This document shows, in pieces, positions 41,437 through 53,562 of a DNA stretch of 64,000 nucleotides. The stretch covers positions 1,810,310-1,874,309 of the forward strand of contig NW_002060953.1 of NCBI RefSeq assembly GCF_000150275.1, in the 5' to 3' direction. Within the stretch, counting starts at the first letter, position 1. Each line of letters begins with the position of its first letter. This DNA is from Trichoplax adhaerens. Its lineage: Eukaryota > Animalia > Placozoa. Both the position numbers and the translations under genes were made by a program. Under the pieces are notes generated by a model that had not been told where the DNA came from, did not search any database, and saw only the letters and a list, made by a program, of their open reading frames with translations.

Positions 41437-43968
41437 GATAGTTTATTATATTTAGAACGATTTTATCGATAAGCAAAACGTACAGATCCAGGTAAAGTTC
41501 TCTATCCTGCACTTAGTGTTAAAACCAATGACATATTCTACGACTACAGCTGTAATGGTCCAACTTTTTTCTTTACGATAACCTTCATCTTTCAAGTTCT
41601 GTAAGAATATATCGACATCAGTGAAATAAGTCTCGGTTCATTCGATGATTTTGTAGCGATGCCTATGCGGCACGAAAGAACTAAATAATAAGTGGCCGAG
41701 TATTCAAGGGCTACTGAGGAGGTTGAATTTTAAACTGTTTGTGCTTATCTTTAGTACGATTGAAAGAACAATGAGAGAGGTAGAGTTTTGTGTGCATAAA
41801 ATAAAAGAATTAACTATATTATCTACTGATATATTAGTTAATTTGAAGATTCAATACATGATAATTTGGCTATTACCTGTAATTAATAAATGTATAAGCG
41901 CATATTTTTCTTTTGTTTCAATTTTAGTAAACTAATATGTGGTCCAGGATAGCAATAAATATTTAATTTAGTTTCATTAATGAACGCAATAATGTATGAT
42001 AGCAGAAATTCTGTTTTATTATTTATGAAATAATAAATATTCGCTATATTATAACAGAGTAATTATTATCTTTCATCTTCGAACAAAAGCATATTGCTAC
42101 AAACGACCTATTTAATAAAGAAAAATTAATTACGATGTATTCCCTCCATTATGTGGCATTCTATCTATATTTAATTTCCATTTAATTGGAATCAATATTG
42201 TCAGTACCTAATGTATAAATTTATGGTGCAGTAAATGATATAAATTATTCAAATTTCTTAAAATCACATCACCAGTTAATAATTCTTCGAAATATCAACA
42301 TTTATACTACGCAAAATTCGTACTTTTCCATAGTAGTATTCGTATTTTATTATTATAGTAAAAGTTATCAGGCAAATATTGTAGCTATTTCATTGGATTT
42401 ATTTTCTGTATTGCATGATTGGCTTGTATCTCGAATTTCCCCCAGAAAATAAAATCATTTGAAGTTGTAAGTCAATTTTAATTAGAGTAATCACTTTACT
42501 CCAGTCATAATATTCAATAAGTGGCATCGTTAATGGTAATCAATAATATCACGGAATTCAATACCACGTAAAATTACATGGCATTAATTTATAACTTATG
42601 GTAATACCGTGCTGTCAAGCCTAACTACTGCAAGTTTAGTTTGCTTCCTGAACCCATCCTACAGATACTCGAATACTTTGCTCAAGAAATTTACAAATAA
42701 ATAAATCTATTAGCAACTTCTAATAATGCCGATTAATTGCAAGCTTGTGTTAATGAATATTTTTTAAAATGGAATTTATATCAAATTTTAGTCATTTTAG
42801 TGCTGTACTGAACGTTTGCCACACACTCCCACTATATGATCTAAGAAAATGAAAGCTATTTGCACAAAATGTGGAAAACTAATATACTATTAGAGGTACT
42901 GCTGATTGCCTAATCATTCTATACTAAATGTTTACTAAAAGGCTTGATGTAATTGCATGCTACGGAATTCTATCGAATAAAAGTCTTAGCTAGTATTAAT
43001 AATAGAATTTCGAACGTTTGACTTTTAGTTTCGTAATGAAAATATGTCTGATATTCTCATATCTATATCTGAGTAAGTAATTAATTCGTGAATGCACGCT
43101 CGTATGCCTTGCCTCTCCATTTTAGAAAAGTTACAGATTCAAAACCATATGACTGTATACTCGTCTGGGAGACTGTTCCATGGTATGGTAGCTATTCATG
43201 TATTCTTATCGTTTTAAAATAGCTCGAAATTGGAAGATACTAGTTTACCATAAGTTATAAATTAATACCATGTAATTTTAATCGTGTTATAATAAATATT
43301 CCGAACTCCTAGAGGTGTGGTTATTGCGGTAACATTGTAGACTATCGCAAAAATACTCTACGGATAGAGGGCATTACCTCTCTTCTACCGGATTCACCAG
43401 ATATAAAGTACACTTCAAATGCATTTTTTTATTGTAATGAGAATATATAATTCATAATTGGAAGTTATTTCGAAATATTAGCCTCTCCTGCTTCTAGGAT
43501 AACACTTCCGAATTCTGAGTTAGTTCGGATGGTTCTACAATAATTTGTTATTTTTCTAGTAAACAGTATTAGCATTCTTAAAGCCGCATTGTAATCATTC
43601 ATTTTCCATAAATCGGCATTTATTAAACAAGTAAAACAATAAGAATGAGCTTTACAGCTGCACGGAAAATATATTTTGGAATTTTTCACATAGAAACCGA
43701 ATGTTGATTATTTTTTTAAATACTATGAAGGCATAGTATAATAGAATGCATTATTCATTTCAGAATTATACGGTAGCGATTTTGAGATATTATCGTTATA
43801 TATAGTTATAGAATGATGTCGATATCTTCTACGTTTCGACAAAATAACAAAATATGTGAATCGTTTATGAGAATTTTGATGGTACTGATAGATTTGTTTA
43901 CCACACAGAGTAGGTGTTTTCTAAGCCTCCGTGAAATTAATAAAATTTTTCTTAGAAGTCTTTAAATC

Positions 43969-44143
43969 GACATTGATGATGTTATAGTGATGCATACATT
44001 GTTAAATAGTGCTGATTTCCTCCTACTCTTGATGATATTTATAATTAATACAAGCACTCGCTAGTAGTGTCTACTAGGATACTGATGATGTTATTGTGAT
44101 CAATGTGTTTATTAAATACGGTGCATTTTCTCCGAGTCTTCAT
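43969..44143. repeat. Two degenerate direct-repeat units, ~110 bp period
   Basis: tgatgatgttat.gtgat...ttaaata..g.tg.ttt.ctcc...tctt.at occurs twice. Confidence 0.55.
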
Positions 44144-46097
44144 ACGAAAATGTAGTAAATGGTTAGTTCTTACTGAGAGGCTCAAGCTCTGTTTCCAGCT
44201 TTTACTTAGAAATACTTTAATTTAGTATAATTTAAAATGAAGGTTAAGCTTATGTTGAGCTGCAAATTTAGCATTACAGTTCAATTTTCGTTTAATATTA
44301 GAATCAATAATATGCGCTGCAGTAGAACGCAGTATTACATTGCCATGAGGTCATAGCACACTACAAATCTCTTCTTGGATTATAGATTACAGTAATTATT
44401 AATAATCATAACATGTCAGATGTCATAGTTAAGTCGATATCAGTAAATTTCTACTACCTTTATCTTTTGAAAACTATTCTATGGAAACCACGCAAAAGTT
44501 ATTCTGACACCATTCTAGCAATTTCATATGGCTGTCCTTCTTTAATTTTACTTTCAACTCTCACATTTTTTTTCAAAGTTTTTCGCGTGAACTTAGTGTA
44601 GCCTGATCCTTTGTATGCGATCATTCTTTCCCTTCTGTACTAATTATTAATTTGCATAATATGCTCTATTTCACACTAACGTTTTACGGTTCAGTTTGAC
44701 TATTTTCATTAAATTTAGGAATCAGGTGAAATATAAGAGTTTTAGACTGTATTCTTCGACTACTCCAATCAAACATTTATTAAACTGTTACTCCGTTGGA
44801 AAGACCAACACAATTTAATTCAACATTGAGTATTCATTACACGATACATGATCATTTGGTTGATCACAATTAGAAGGCTAATATTGTTTTACAATTATAT
44901 ATAATGAATCGATTCCTTCCACTATGATTACAGTTCATTAAATAACTTTAGAATTGCTGCTTACTAATTAGGCATCCAAGATGAAAAAATTGAAAATTAA
45001 TGTTTTACGACAACCTCGATTCTACCAGTATTAGAGCTTGGTACTTTAGTCGAATACTCTCTAAAATGCTTTGCTGAATTATATTATAGACTAGCTCACA
45101 CGGCCTTTTTTAAATATAGTAATTAAAGCAAATTTTTATCTTAAGTTCGTAGGCCTGACGCTATTACGATTTAGTGAACTCATGCAGAATAAGATATAGT
45201 CTGCCGCATTAAAAATATAAAATGGTTGCTTGAAAATTTGATTATTTAGCCATTTGATTCCAACAGCAGTGGTCGATATCTAAACTTACGCTTAAATTTA
45301 AAAATAGAATAAAATATTTAGCCCCATATTAACGGTACACCGTTTAAAACGGAACATTTCCGCTAGCAATTTTATCTACAGTTCACAAATATCTATCAAA
45401 TTTATAAGCACATCGCTATTTGTTATTGTTAGTTATTGATATTGTATTATAAGATAAATATGATACGATATATGATAAACATTTATAGCAGATATCTCAA
45501 GAAACGTCAGTAAAAATATGTTGTGTAATTACTAGAATTTTGAAAACGCATTAAAGGAGTTAAGACTTAGTAACATATCATACATAATACATAACAGTAA
45601 TCAAAGAAAAGAAATTGATATCATTGTTGTAATCTTTGTAACTCCATTGCAAATTCGATTAACAGCTGAGGTTCTCCGATTAGTTCTTCTACAATCTCTT
45701 CAGCGTAATAGAAAAATGAAATACTTTTATAGTATGGATTCTTATCATAACGCAACCTTACGTTCTGAACGACTAATTTAGTCTTTAAAGGATTAACTAA
45801 CTTAGCAACTCACTGAACTAACTGGACAGAATAAAATCGAGCTGCTGTTTTGCTTTCGCCTATATATATTATATTATACGACGATTAAGGACCAATGCGT
45901 TCATCACTTAACTAAGGACTATGATACTTTATCGCAAAGTATCTACTGTCCTATAGGGGAACGAGGGTAATCATAACGCATAATCCAAATATTATTTTAC
46001 ATTAAATATATAATTAAATGAACTGTGCAATACAATACTAAATTCACAACGGTAGTTAGAATAGGACCGTGAAGATTGTTTTATTATCACTAGTAAA

Positions 46098-47093
46098 TTA
46101 TTTGCCACGTGGTATAACCATCATTGGATGGGATTGTCGACTAAGAGGAACGAATCCTTTTAGAAGTAAATTGGATGCTTTTCTAATGCGCAAATCGAAC
46201 TTTAGGTAGAGGATGGGATTGATAATAGTAATTGCAATCGTAACTGAAAAAGAGAAATAAGCTAATAAAAAATAAATTTGATTCACACTCCATAAACGTT
46301 GCATAGGTACTCGAGTTGTAGCAATACCTAATAATGTAGCAAAAAATGGCCAGGACATTAAAACATAACATGAGGTAACTGTTATTAACATCTTGACAAA
46401 TTTTCGACGAGCAATATGATCATGTTCTTGCTCATGATTAAAATTGACAGGCCTAATATACTTTCTAGTAAAGAGGATGATCTTTCGGTACATGAAGACT
46501 ATGATTATCATCGGTAGTATGTATAATGTTGTTGTAAGTAGATAGAGAAAAATTGAGACTGCTGGTGTTATGATTGGAAAATCGCAGAAATTAGCTCCAT
46601 TCTGGTAAACATCTATTAGATTAATGATTGGGACTGCAGTCGTTAGGGAAATAATCCAGACGAAAATTTGTCCAATAAGTATAAAATGTTGTTGTGTAGA
46701 AAGGTGCAATCGAGTAGTAGGTTTAGTGATGACTAAGTAACGATCGGTAGCAATTAAGCATAATGTCATGATTGATACTCCGTATGAACTAGTAGTAGTG
46801 TAGAATATAATTTGGCATAACAGCTTTGCTAATCGATAGTTGGTATTCATAGTTAAGGTAAAGAAGTAATTAATGGTTAAGGTTAAGTTCGATATAATGT
46901 CTGATATGAGAGAGATTCGAATTAAGCGATAGATTCGATTATTAAAACATTTATCCAGAGAAAGAACAACTGCAAGGAAGAGATTTAACACCAACCCTAA
47001 TATCGTCATAGGTATAAGTATCATGGCCAAAGGTGAAACTATGATGGCAATATTAGAACTTCCTGAAAGATTTGTATTAAAAGACTTGTTCAT
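46098..47093 (-). CDS. Intronless class A 7TM receptor, DRY clade (ATDRY, NPILY)
   Basis: 331 aa ORF; close paralogue of the two preceding receptors. Confidence 0.92.
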   Translation of the reverse strand: MNKSFNTNLSGSSNIAIIVSPLAMILIPMTILGLVLNLFLAVVLSLDKCFNNRIYRLIRISLISDIISNLTLTINYFFTLTMNTNYRLAKLLCQIIFYTTTSSYGVSIMTLCLIATDRYLVITKPTTRLHLSTQQHFILIGQIFVWIISLTTAVPIINLIDVYQNGANFCDFPIITPAVSIFLYLLTTTLYILPMIIIVFMYRKIILFTRKYIRPVNFNHEQEHDHIARRKFVKMLITVTSCYVLMSWPFFATLLGIATTRVPMQRLWSVNQIYFLLAYFSFSVTIAITIINPILYLKFDLRIRKASNLLLKGFVPLSRQSHPMMVIPRGK

Positions 47094-50039
47094 GATAGTT
47101 AATAACGGTTATGATATTTTGAATAAAAAGCCAAAATGTAAAGACCCCAATACAGTTTACTATCCTGTGCTTAATGTCCTGCAACATTAACTTGCACAAG
47201 GGCTGCAGTAGTGATGGTTTAATTCTTACCGACGATCATCTCTATTTAAAGTCGCGAGAATACTTCGGTATCAGATAAAAATGTCTATTCTGTATCCAAA
47301 ATTGTTATAGTGATGCCAATATAGCATGAAAGAATTAGAGAATATGGTAATCGACCATTCAAGGGTTGCAAAGCAAGGCGAATTTCAAAATTGTTCGTGA
47401 TCTTCTTCTATTAAAATTGAAAGGATAATGAGGAAATTAGAGTACCGAGCTCGTAGAATATTTCAAAGAATTAACTCATGGTATACTAACATAAAATATT
47501 ATAATCATCGATTCGAAAGTATACTATACAGCATTTAGCCCAATAATTAAGAAAAATATAACTGCGTTATTTTCTTTTCTTTCAATTTTGATCAGTCAAA
47601 TGATTCTATGACATAGCAATAAATATTTAATTTGGTTTCATTGACGATACAACAACATAAGAAGTAAAAATTTCGTTTATTTTACACAAGATAATAACAC
47701 ACGCGATATTACAATAAGGCAATTGATTTCTTTCAGCTTTGAACAAAACAAATTCTTCTAAAATGACTTACTTCGTCAATACCGAAATCACATGCGATCT
47801 TTCCCCGTATTATATAATATTCCATCTGTTTTATTTCCGGGGTAATTGATCTACATTATTGTCGCTAAGCAGAAAGACACGGCTATTCAAGTAACCTAAA
47901 TTATTCAAATTTCTCGTAATCACATCATCGGTATAAATCTTTGTAAATTAAAGTCGAGATATAGAAAACTTCTTCATAGTATTACTTATATATAAATATG
48001 ATACCGTAAAATAAATAAGCTAATTGTTCCTGCTATTTTATTAGCATTCCTTAAATACATATAAAAACTAGACTATCAAGTGAAAATATTTGATTTTCGT
48101 GATGATATTGATTAATTATCAGGAAATAAAATAATTTCTCCATCAAATAAACTACGCAATATATAGTAAAAATTGGCAACTAAAGATAACTGTCATAATT
48201 TTCAATTTATCACAATATTTATTGTTTACTTAAAAGAAGTGATGAAATATGATTCTATTACAGCCTACAGCCCCAAATATGAATTGAAGAGTATTCTGGG
48301 AAATTAATTATGCAAAGATTACCTTCAGCCTTTACTTTATTAGAAATAGTAAAATTCTATCGCAAATACTAAATTTACCACATCAATCAGATCCAATCCA
48401 CGAAATACAAACAATTAAAACTGCACGACAGTTGTAGTCCTTTTAAAGTATTTGAAATTGAATTAGATTGCCCACTATGACTTTTTCTTTATTACTGTTT
48501 TTATTCATTAAAGTTTCAAATAAAACGTAAGTAATAATCAGTATCTTATCTTAATAATATCCCTACAATAAGGAGCAATATTCTGCTAATACATGATTAT
48601 TTAGTGTATAAAATTTTGATATTAGTGGTATTTTAATGTAGTAAAAGTATCGTAGTATTCATTAAACTCGTAGTGATTTGGTAGTTTTGATAGAATAGAA
48701 TCAAATGAATCTTAGCGATAATTGGAAGACTGTAAGTACAGTTTAACAGCAACTGTATTGGTTGGACGATATAATCTGATTCATATAGTTGATAAAAAGT
48801 AAAAATGTTCTCTGAGCTTTAATAAAATAGCATAATACTTGTTAAAAGCATTTATGAAAATGTCGATAATATCATTATAACAACCACTTTCTCAAATGGA
48901 TTTGATAAATTTTGAGCCTTGATCAAACGATAATAAACTTACAAAAAGCATCTATATAGATTTCGAGGCTATTATTGTGATGGATATGATAATCAAAGAG
49001 TGGCTGTTCTCAAAATTTACATAATATCATTAATAAAAGCTCTCATTGTACGCATGTTACGCAATCGCTAATTGATTTTATCACAAATTATGTCCGTATC
49101 ATATAATATTAATGCTTCTACTGTATAAATATCCATAATAAGGGATAAACCACTAATACTACGCTTAAACTCTGTTTTTTATTTCAACTTTTCCTACGAC
49201 TTGCTTCGTTATCCCAATATCAAGACGACCCTAAATTTTTAAATAAATTTGTGAAAAGTAAAGTTATTAATATGTAAATCTAGACTGGTTAGCATTTTCA
49301 ACGTGGGTTGGAATTACTACTGCCGTTCTTTACACCCCGGGGTATATCCTTCACTATTATTCTAGTAGGTCTATTCGAAAAATTGGCTTCATGATAGATT
49401 TTAAAGTTACTAGGGGCATTACATGCAATCGGTATTAATAGAATAGTGACAGTAAATGATTTTAATATAATACTTTAATATCTAGATTAAATTTCCTTTA
49501 CAACTACAATGGTTCAAGCCAGTTTCAAAAGATGATCACAAAGCAACCTTATATGGCGCCGCTATTAGATAGGATACATCAAAGGGCATCGGGAGCTGAT
49601 CACAGAAATTTCTCATGCCATTGCATTATAAATTCTGATCAGAATTTGCCGTAATTAGTTATCAGGTATAAGTATCAGATTTCTTTTTTTCTTAACGTGT
49701 AGACTGAGGTATAAACACACAGAGACAGCTATAGCAATATCGTGCAAATTCTTATTAAATATTTAAATCAGAAAAAATAGCTAACAAGAGATTTGGATCA
49801 CGAAGTCATTAGACAGAAAGAGGCTTATCAATTAGAATCCTAATTGGATATATTACTACATCTTCATTCAAGATCGAGTCGACCAATTAGCCCTGTAATA
49901 TTTTTATACCATACAGCCACACAATTAATCCTGTAAGCGAAATGGCCTTGAGAGCTATTACGAAAATTTCTCTTGTGTTGCTTAATATATTTCTGTCTAA
50001 AATTGCAATATGTAAATTTGTGATACAGAATTGCATGCT

Positions 50040-50450
50040 AAAAATTAATGAGTTACATCTTCGTCATTATAGTACAGGCGATAGGTAGGAGCAATGATTC
50101 ATCCTACTAGTCCAGACCTCTTTAGAATTTCGTAGAATGTTAATACTGTATAGCATGATGGAAAGATCCATCAATATTATACATTAAATTGGCCGATTTT
50201 GTAGTCATAGTGATCGATAGGGTTGGAGCAATAATTTACCCTTCTAGTAAAAATCTCGCCCCAATTTCTTTGAATATCAATTCTATATAACATAATGAAT
50301 GTATCATTCAAATATTTTTATTTAATTAACCATCTTTGTAGTTAAGTATATCGATGGTATTGCAGCAACGATTAATTCTACTACTTTAGACCTCTTTAAA
50401 ATATCGTAGAAAGTCAAAATCTCATATTATGACAGAAAGATCAATCATAT
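50040..50450. repeat. Degenerate ~137 bp tandem repeat, 3 units
   Basis: gatagg...ggagcaat.att...c.t.cta at ~50080, ~50216 and ~50353; agacctcttta.aat.tcgtagaa shared by units 1 and 3. Confidence 0.65.
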
Positions 50451-50560
50451 ATTTACTTAGTCCTTAGGGTTATATTAAATACTAATAAGTTGTCCTATGA
50501 GAAGCAGGCCTGATCATTCCAGAATTTTGCAGACAATATCTTGTAAATATTTTAAATTTA

Positions 50561-53066
50561 TTAAATCCAAGATAGCAAGTACAGTAGTCCTACTATCAAA
50601 ATATTGCTGTTCACTTTCAAAGCTCCATTATTTGCTGTAGCGTAGGAATAACCGTAGTCGGAGGATATCATCATCTTCTGACCATTTCTATCTGGAAATC
50701 CACTGCAGACATACATACTCTCAAATACGATCCTCGCAATGGGCGATAAACTATAGAATGAAAATATAGAAAAGAATGATAAATGAAAGTTTAGTTTGTA
50801 CCAGATATTGGCTAGCTTTCATGTTGATTCACCAGCTCAATTACTCGAATAAAGAAATAAACTCATTAAAAGTACATCTTACTACTCTTTTTGACATATA
50901 CTAATATAGAAAAGAATCAATTTTCTCCTACAAGCATGATTCTTTCCTAGTATCACTGCTCAAGACATAATTTGCATTTTGAAAATGTAGCAGATGAAAG
51001 TGTGAAGTTGAGATGGATCTTAAAAGTGTAATTCATATTTTTACTAATGGATTTATTCATTTCTCTGCTCAAAATTGAGGAACCTAATGATCATGATACG
51101 ACTAGTTGCGTAACAGAATTATGAAATCACGACTAAATTATTCATTATGGTTTAAACAAATCAGATTACCAGTATTTTGAACTGCTCTCGCTGTCTACAT
51201 TAATTTTCAGTTTTTGATGCAACCGCTATTTTCAGCAGTAGTTTTCTGGTATTATTTGAAAGCCATGTAATTTAAAGCTATATTATGCCTGGGTGATTTT
51301 ATAGGAGGCCAGTGCTCGCAAACCGTCATAAAATCATTTGTATCTGTATCCTAATTACTGGAAAGCTATCATCAGTTACAAATACTTGATTTTACACATT
51401 CGTAGCAACTGTAAATGATGTTTAATGAATTTAATAAGGGTTCAAATGATATCTAAGGTAGGAATCTTAATGCTACAACGTAAACATTCCTCGAAGTTGT
51501 TAAAATTCATTTAATTATAGCAGCAGTATTAATGTATAACTGTCGATATAGCTCAAAATCTCTTTATACTGAAATAGATATATACAGAGTCAGTAATTTT
51601 AAACGCTGCTTATCAATATTACAGCTGGTAATGTAAAATTGCAAAAGTGACAGTAAAATGAAAGTTTCCGTAGCTAAAATTGGAACATATAATGCATAAT
51701 AATGATGAATGATACAAATACTCGTATAATAGAATCGAACTTACCATTTCATTGCAGCTTGGCAAGACTGTGTTGTAGTCACGGTAACTACCTTTTTTGC
51801 ATCTTTGGAACAGTATGGAAGGCTATTACAGACTATTTCCATCCACTGATCAATACATTCCTTAGTGGTATTCATCATGGTTAAACCTTGCTTAAAGTTG
51901 TCTATGTTTTTACCCTGTGTTGGCAAGAAGGGGATGATCCAAGCAGGGAATTGGATACCACTAGGTAATTTACCGCAGATTGGGGCATTTATAGCGGTAA
52001 GAGAAGTCTTTGCACAAGTATTTAATGAATATTCCTTTGATGATTCCGAACAAAAGAACTTTCTAAAATCTTCAGGGAGTTGCAATGACGGAATAGCGGA
52101 ACCGCAGGTTAGCGATGTTGCACATCCTGAACTGTAGTCGGGAGTAATGATGGTGGTTCGATCATCTGAGCAGCGCGGCAATGATCCCTTACAGATAGTG
52201 TTTCTCAGAGAATTTCTGCAACTGCTGTTTAAGGAAGATTGAAGTAGTGGCCAAGAAGTTCGAATCGATTCTAGAAAACCTGTATAGCGCCGATAAGGAA
52301 TGGTGGGGACCATATAATTGACGTTGCAAAAGGATCTAATTTTGCTACTGGGAAGTATACAATCGTCGAGATTGCCGTCTACCCATACTGTAAATTTTGT
52401 ATCTCTTTTCGCTGTAGTTTGCTAGGTAAGAGAAATAAAATATATCATGGAGCAGAATCATTCTCATTAAGATGTGCATTTCCGTATTAATTTCAGTACG
52501 TCATTTTGAAAATTTCTGTGCCTATATTAATTTATGTTGAAGAGCAAAAGTAGTATTCACGTTAACCTAATAAACTACGACTAAATTAAAATTTCATCAA
52601 TTTATATAACACCTATAGACTGCTTTAATTAATGAAACATTCTAGTTAATATGAGGAAATGGATTTGTTATAATTAGACTTTTAACGTGATGATTTAGCA
52701 AAATATGGAGAAGAATTTGACGCAAAGACGATTAGAACTAGACAAATAATAACCTGGTAAGGTATAGCTAGCTATAAATGAGATACTACATAGATTTAAA
52801 ATTTTCATTATATCCACTATTATTATATGAAACCGGGTTGATTAAAATAAAGCATATTCAATAGATAACAACTGATTACGTTATCATAATTATCAAGATA
52901 GATAAGATATTTCCTACACCAACTTAAGTGGCTAATTGATTGAGTAAATCTTTGCTTACGTTGCATATATACAAACCTGTTCTCTTCGTTGAAGCGTAGA
53001 AGCTTTACTACTTTGAGCTAAGAGCGAGGTCGATAAAATTGCTAGAACAGCTAGAATGAATTTCAT
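50561..53066 (-). CDS. Secreted, probably GPI-anchored protein with two tandem Frizzled-CRD-like domains (318 aa); exons 53066-52977, 52421-51745, 50750-50561
   Basis: Exon 1 encodes a signal peptide (MKFILAVLAILSTSLLAQSSKA). There are two 8-Cys modules with C-x8-C-x5/6(LPx)C spacing; the second ends in CxxFP. The C-terminus is a small-residue cluster (ANNGA), a spacer and a hydrophobic tail (ILIVGLLYLLSWI*). Introns are GT-AG, phases 0 and 2, and 90+677+190=957 nt is open. Confidence 0.8.
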
Positions 53067-53394
53067 AGCTCCAAAGTTTTTTCCTTTAAACAGTTAAAAT
53101 TGTCATTAAAAATATCGATTAACAAATGATGTTCCATTACATAAATGATGATCTAATAATGAAAATCATTTATAACTAGATAATTAATTATTAATGTATT
53201 AGTCCGATTTCCCATTGAAATTAGGAGACAGAAAAATAGCTAAATAATAATGTAATAGAAAAAGTTTTATTATCTAGAGATAACTGGTTGAGCTGGAGTA
53301 AATGATTGGACTTATAATGCCAAATCTATCTTCATAAAACTCATTATGATTTTAACATAAAGCTAGGTTAATTATTATTAGTGTGCTACGGTAC

Positions 53395-53562
53395 ATTAAG
53401 CTTTTTTGACTACTAAAACTTATTTTAATCGAGTAAAATTCTTATAAATAGTATTGCCTCGCGAAATATATCTTAATAGCAGTGTGTGAGAATTGTTCTA
53501 TATTAAGCCTTTTTGGCTATAAAACTTATTATAAATGAGTAAAATTATTATGAATAGCATTG
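53395..53562. repeat. Short direct repeat (~62 bp x2, ~107 bp period)
   Basis: attaagc.tttttg.cta..aaaacttatt...gagtaaaatt.ttat.aatag.attg occurs twice. Confidence 0.7.
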
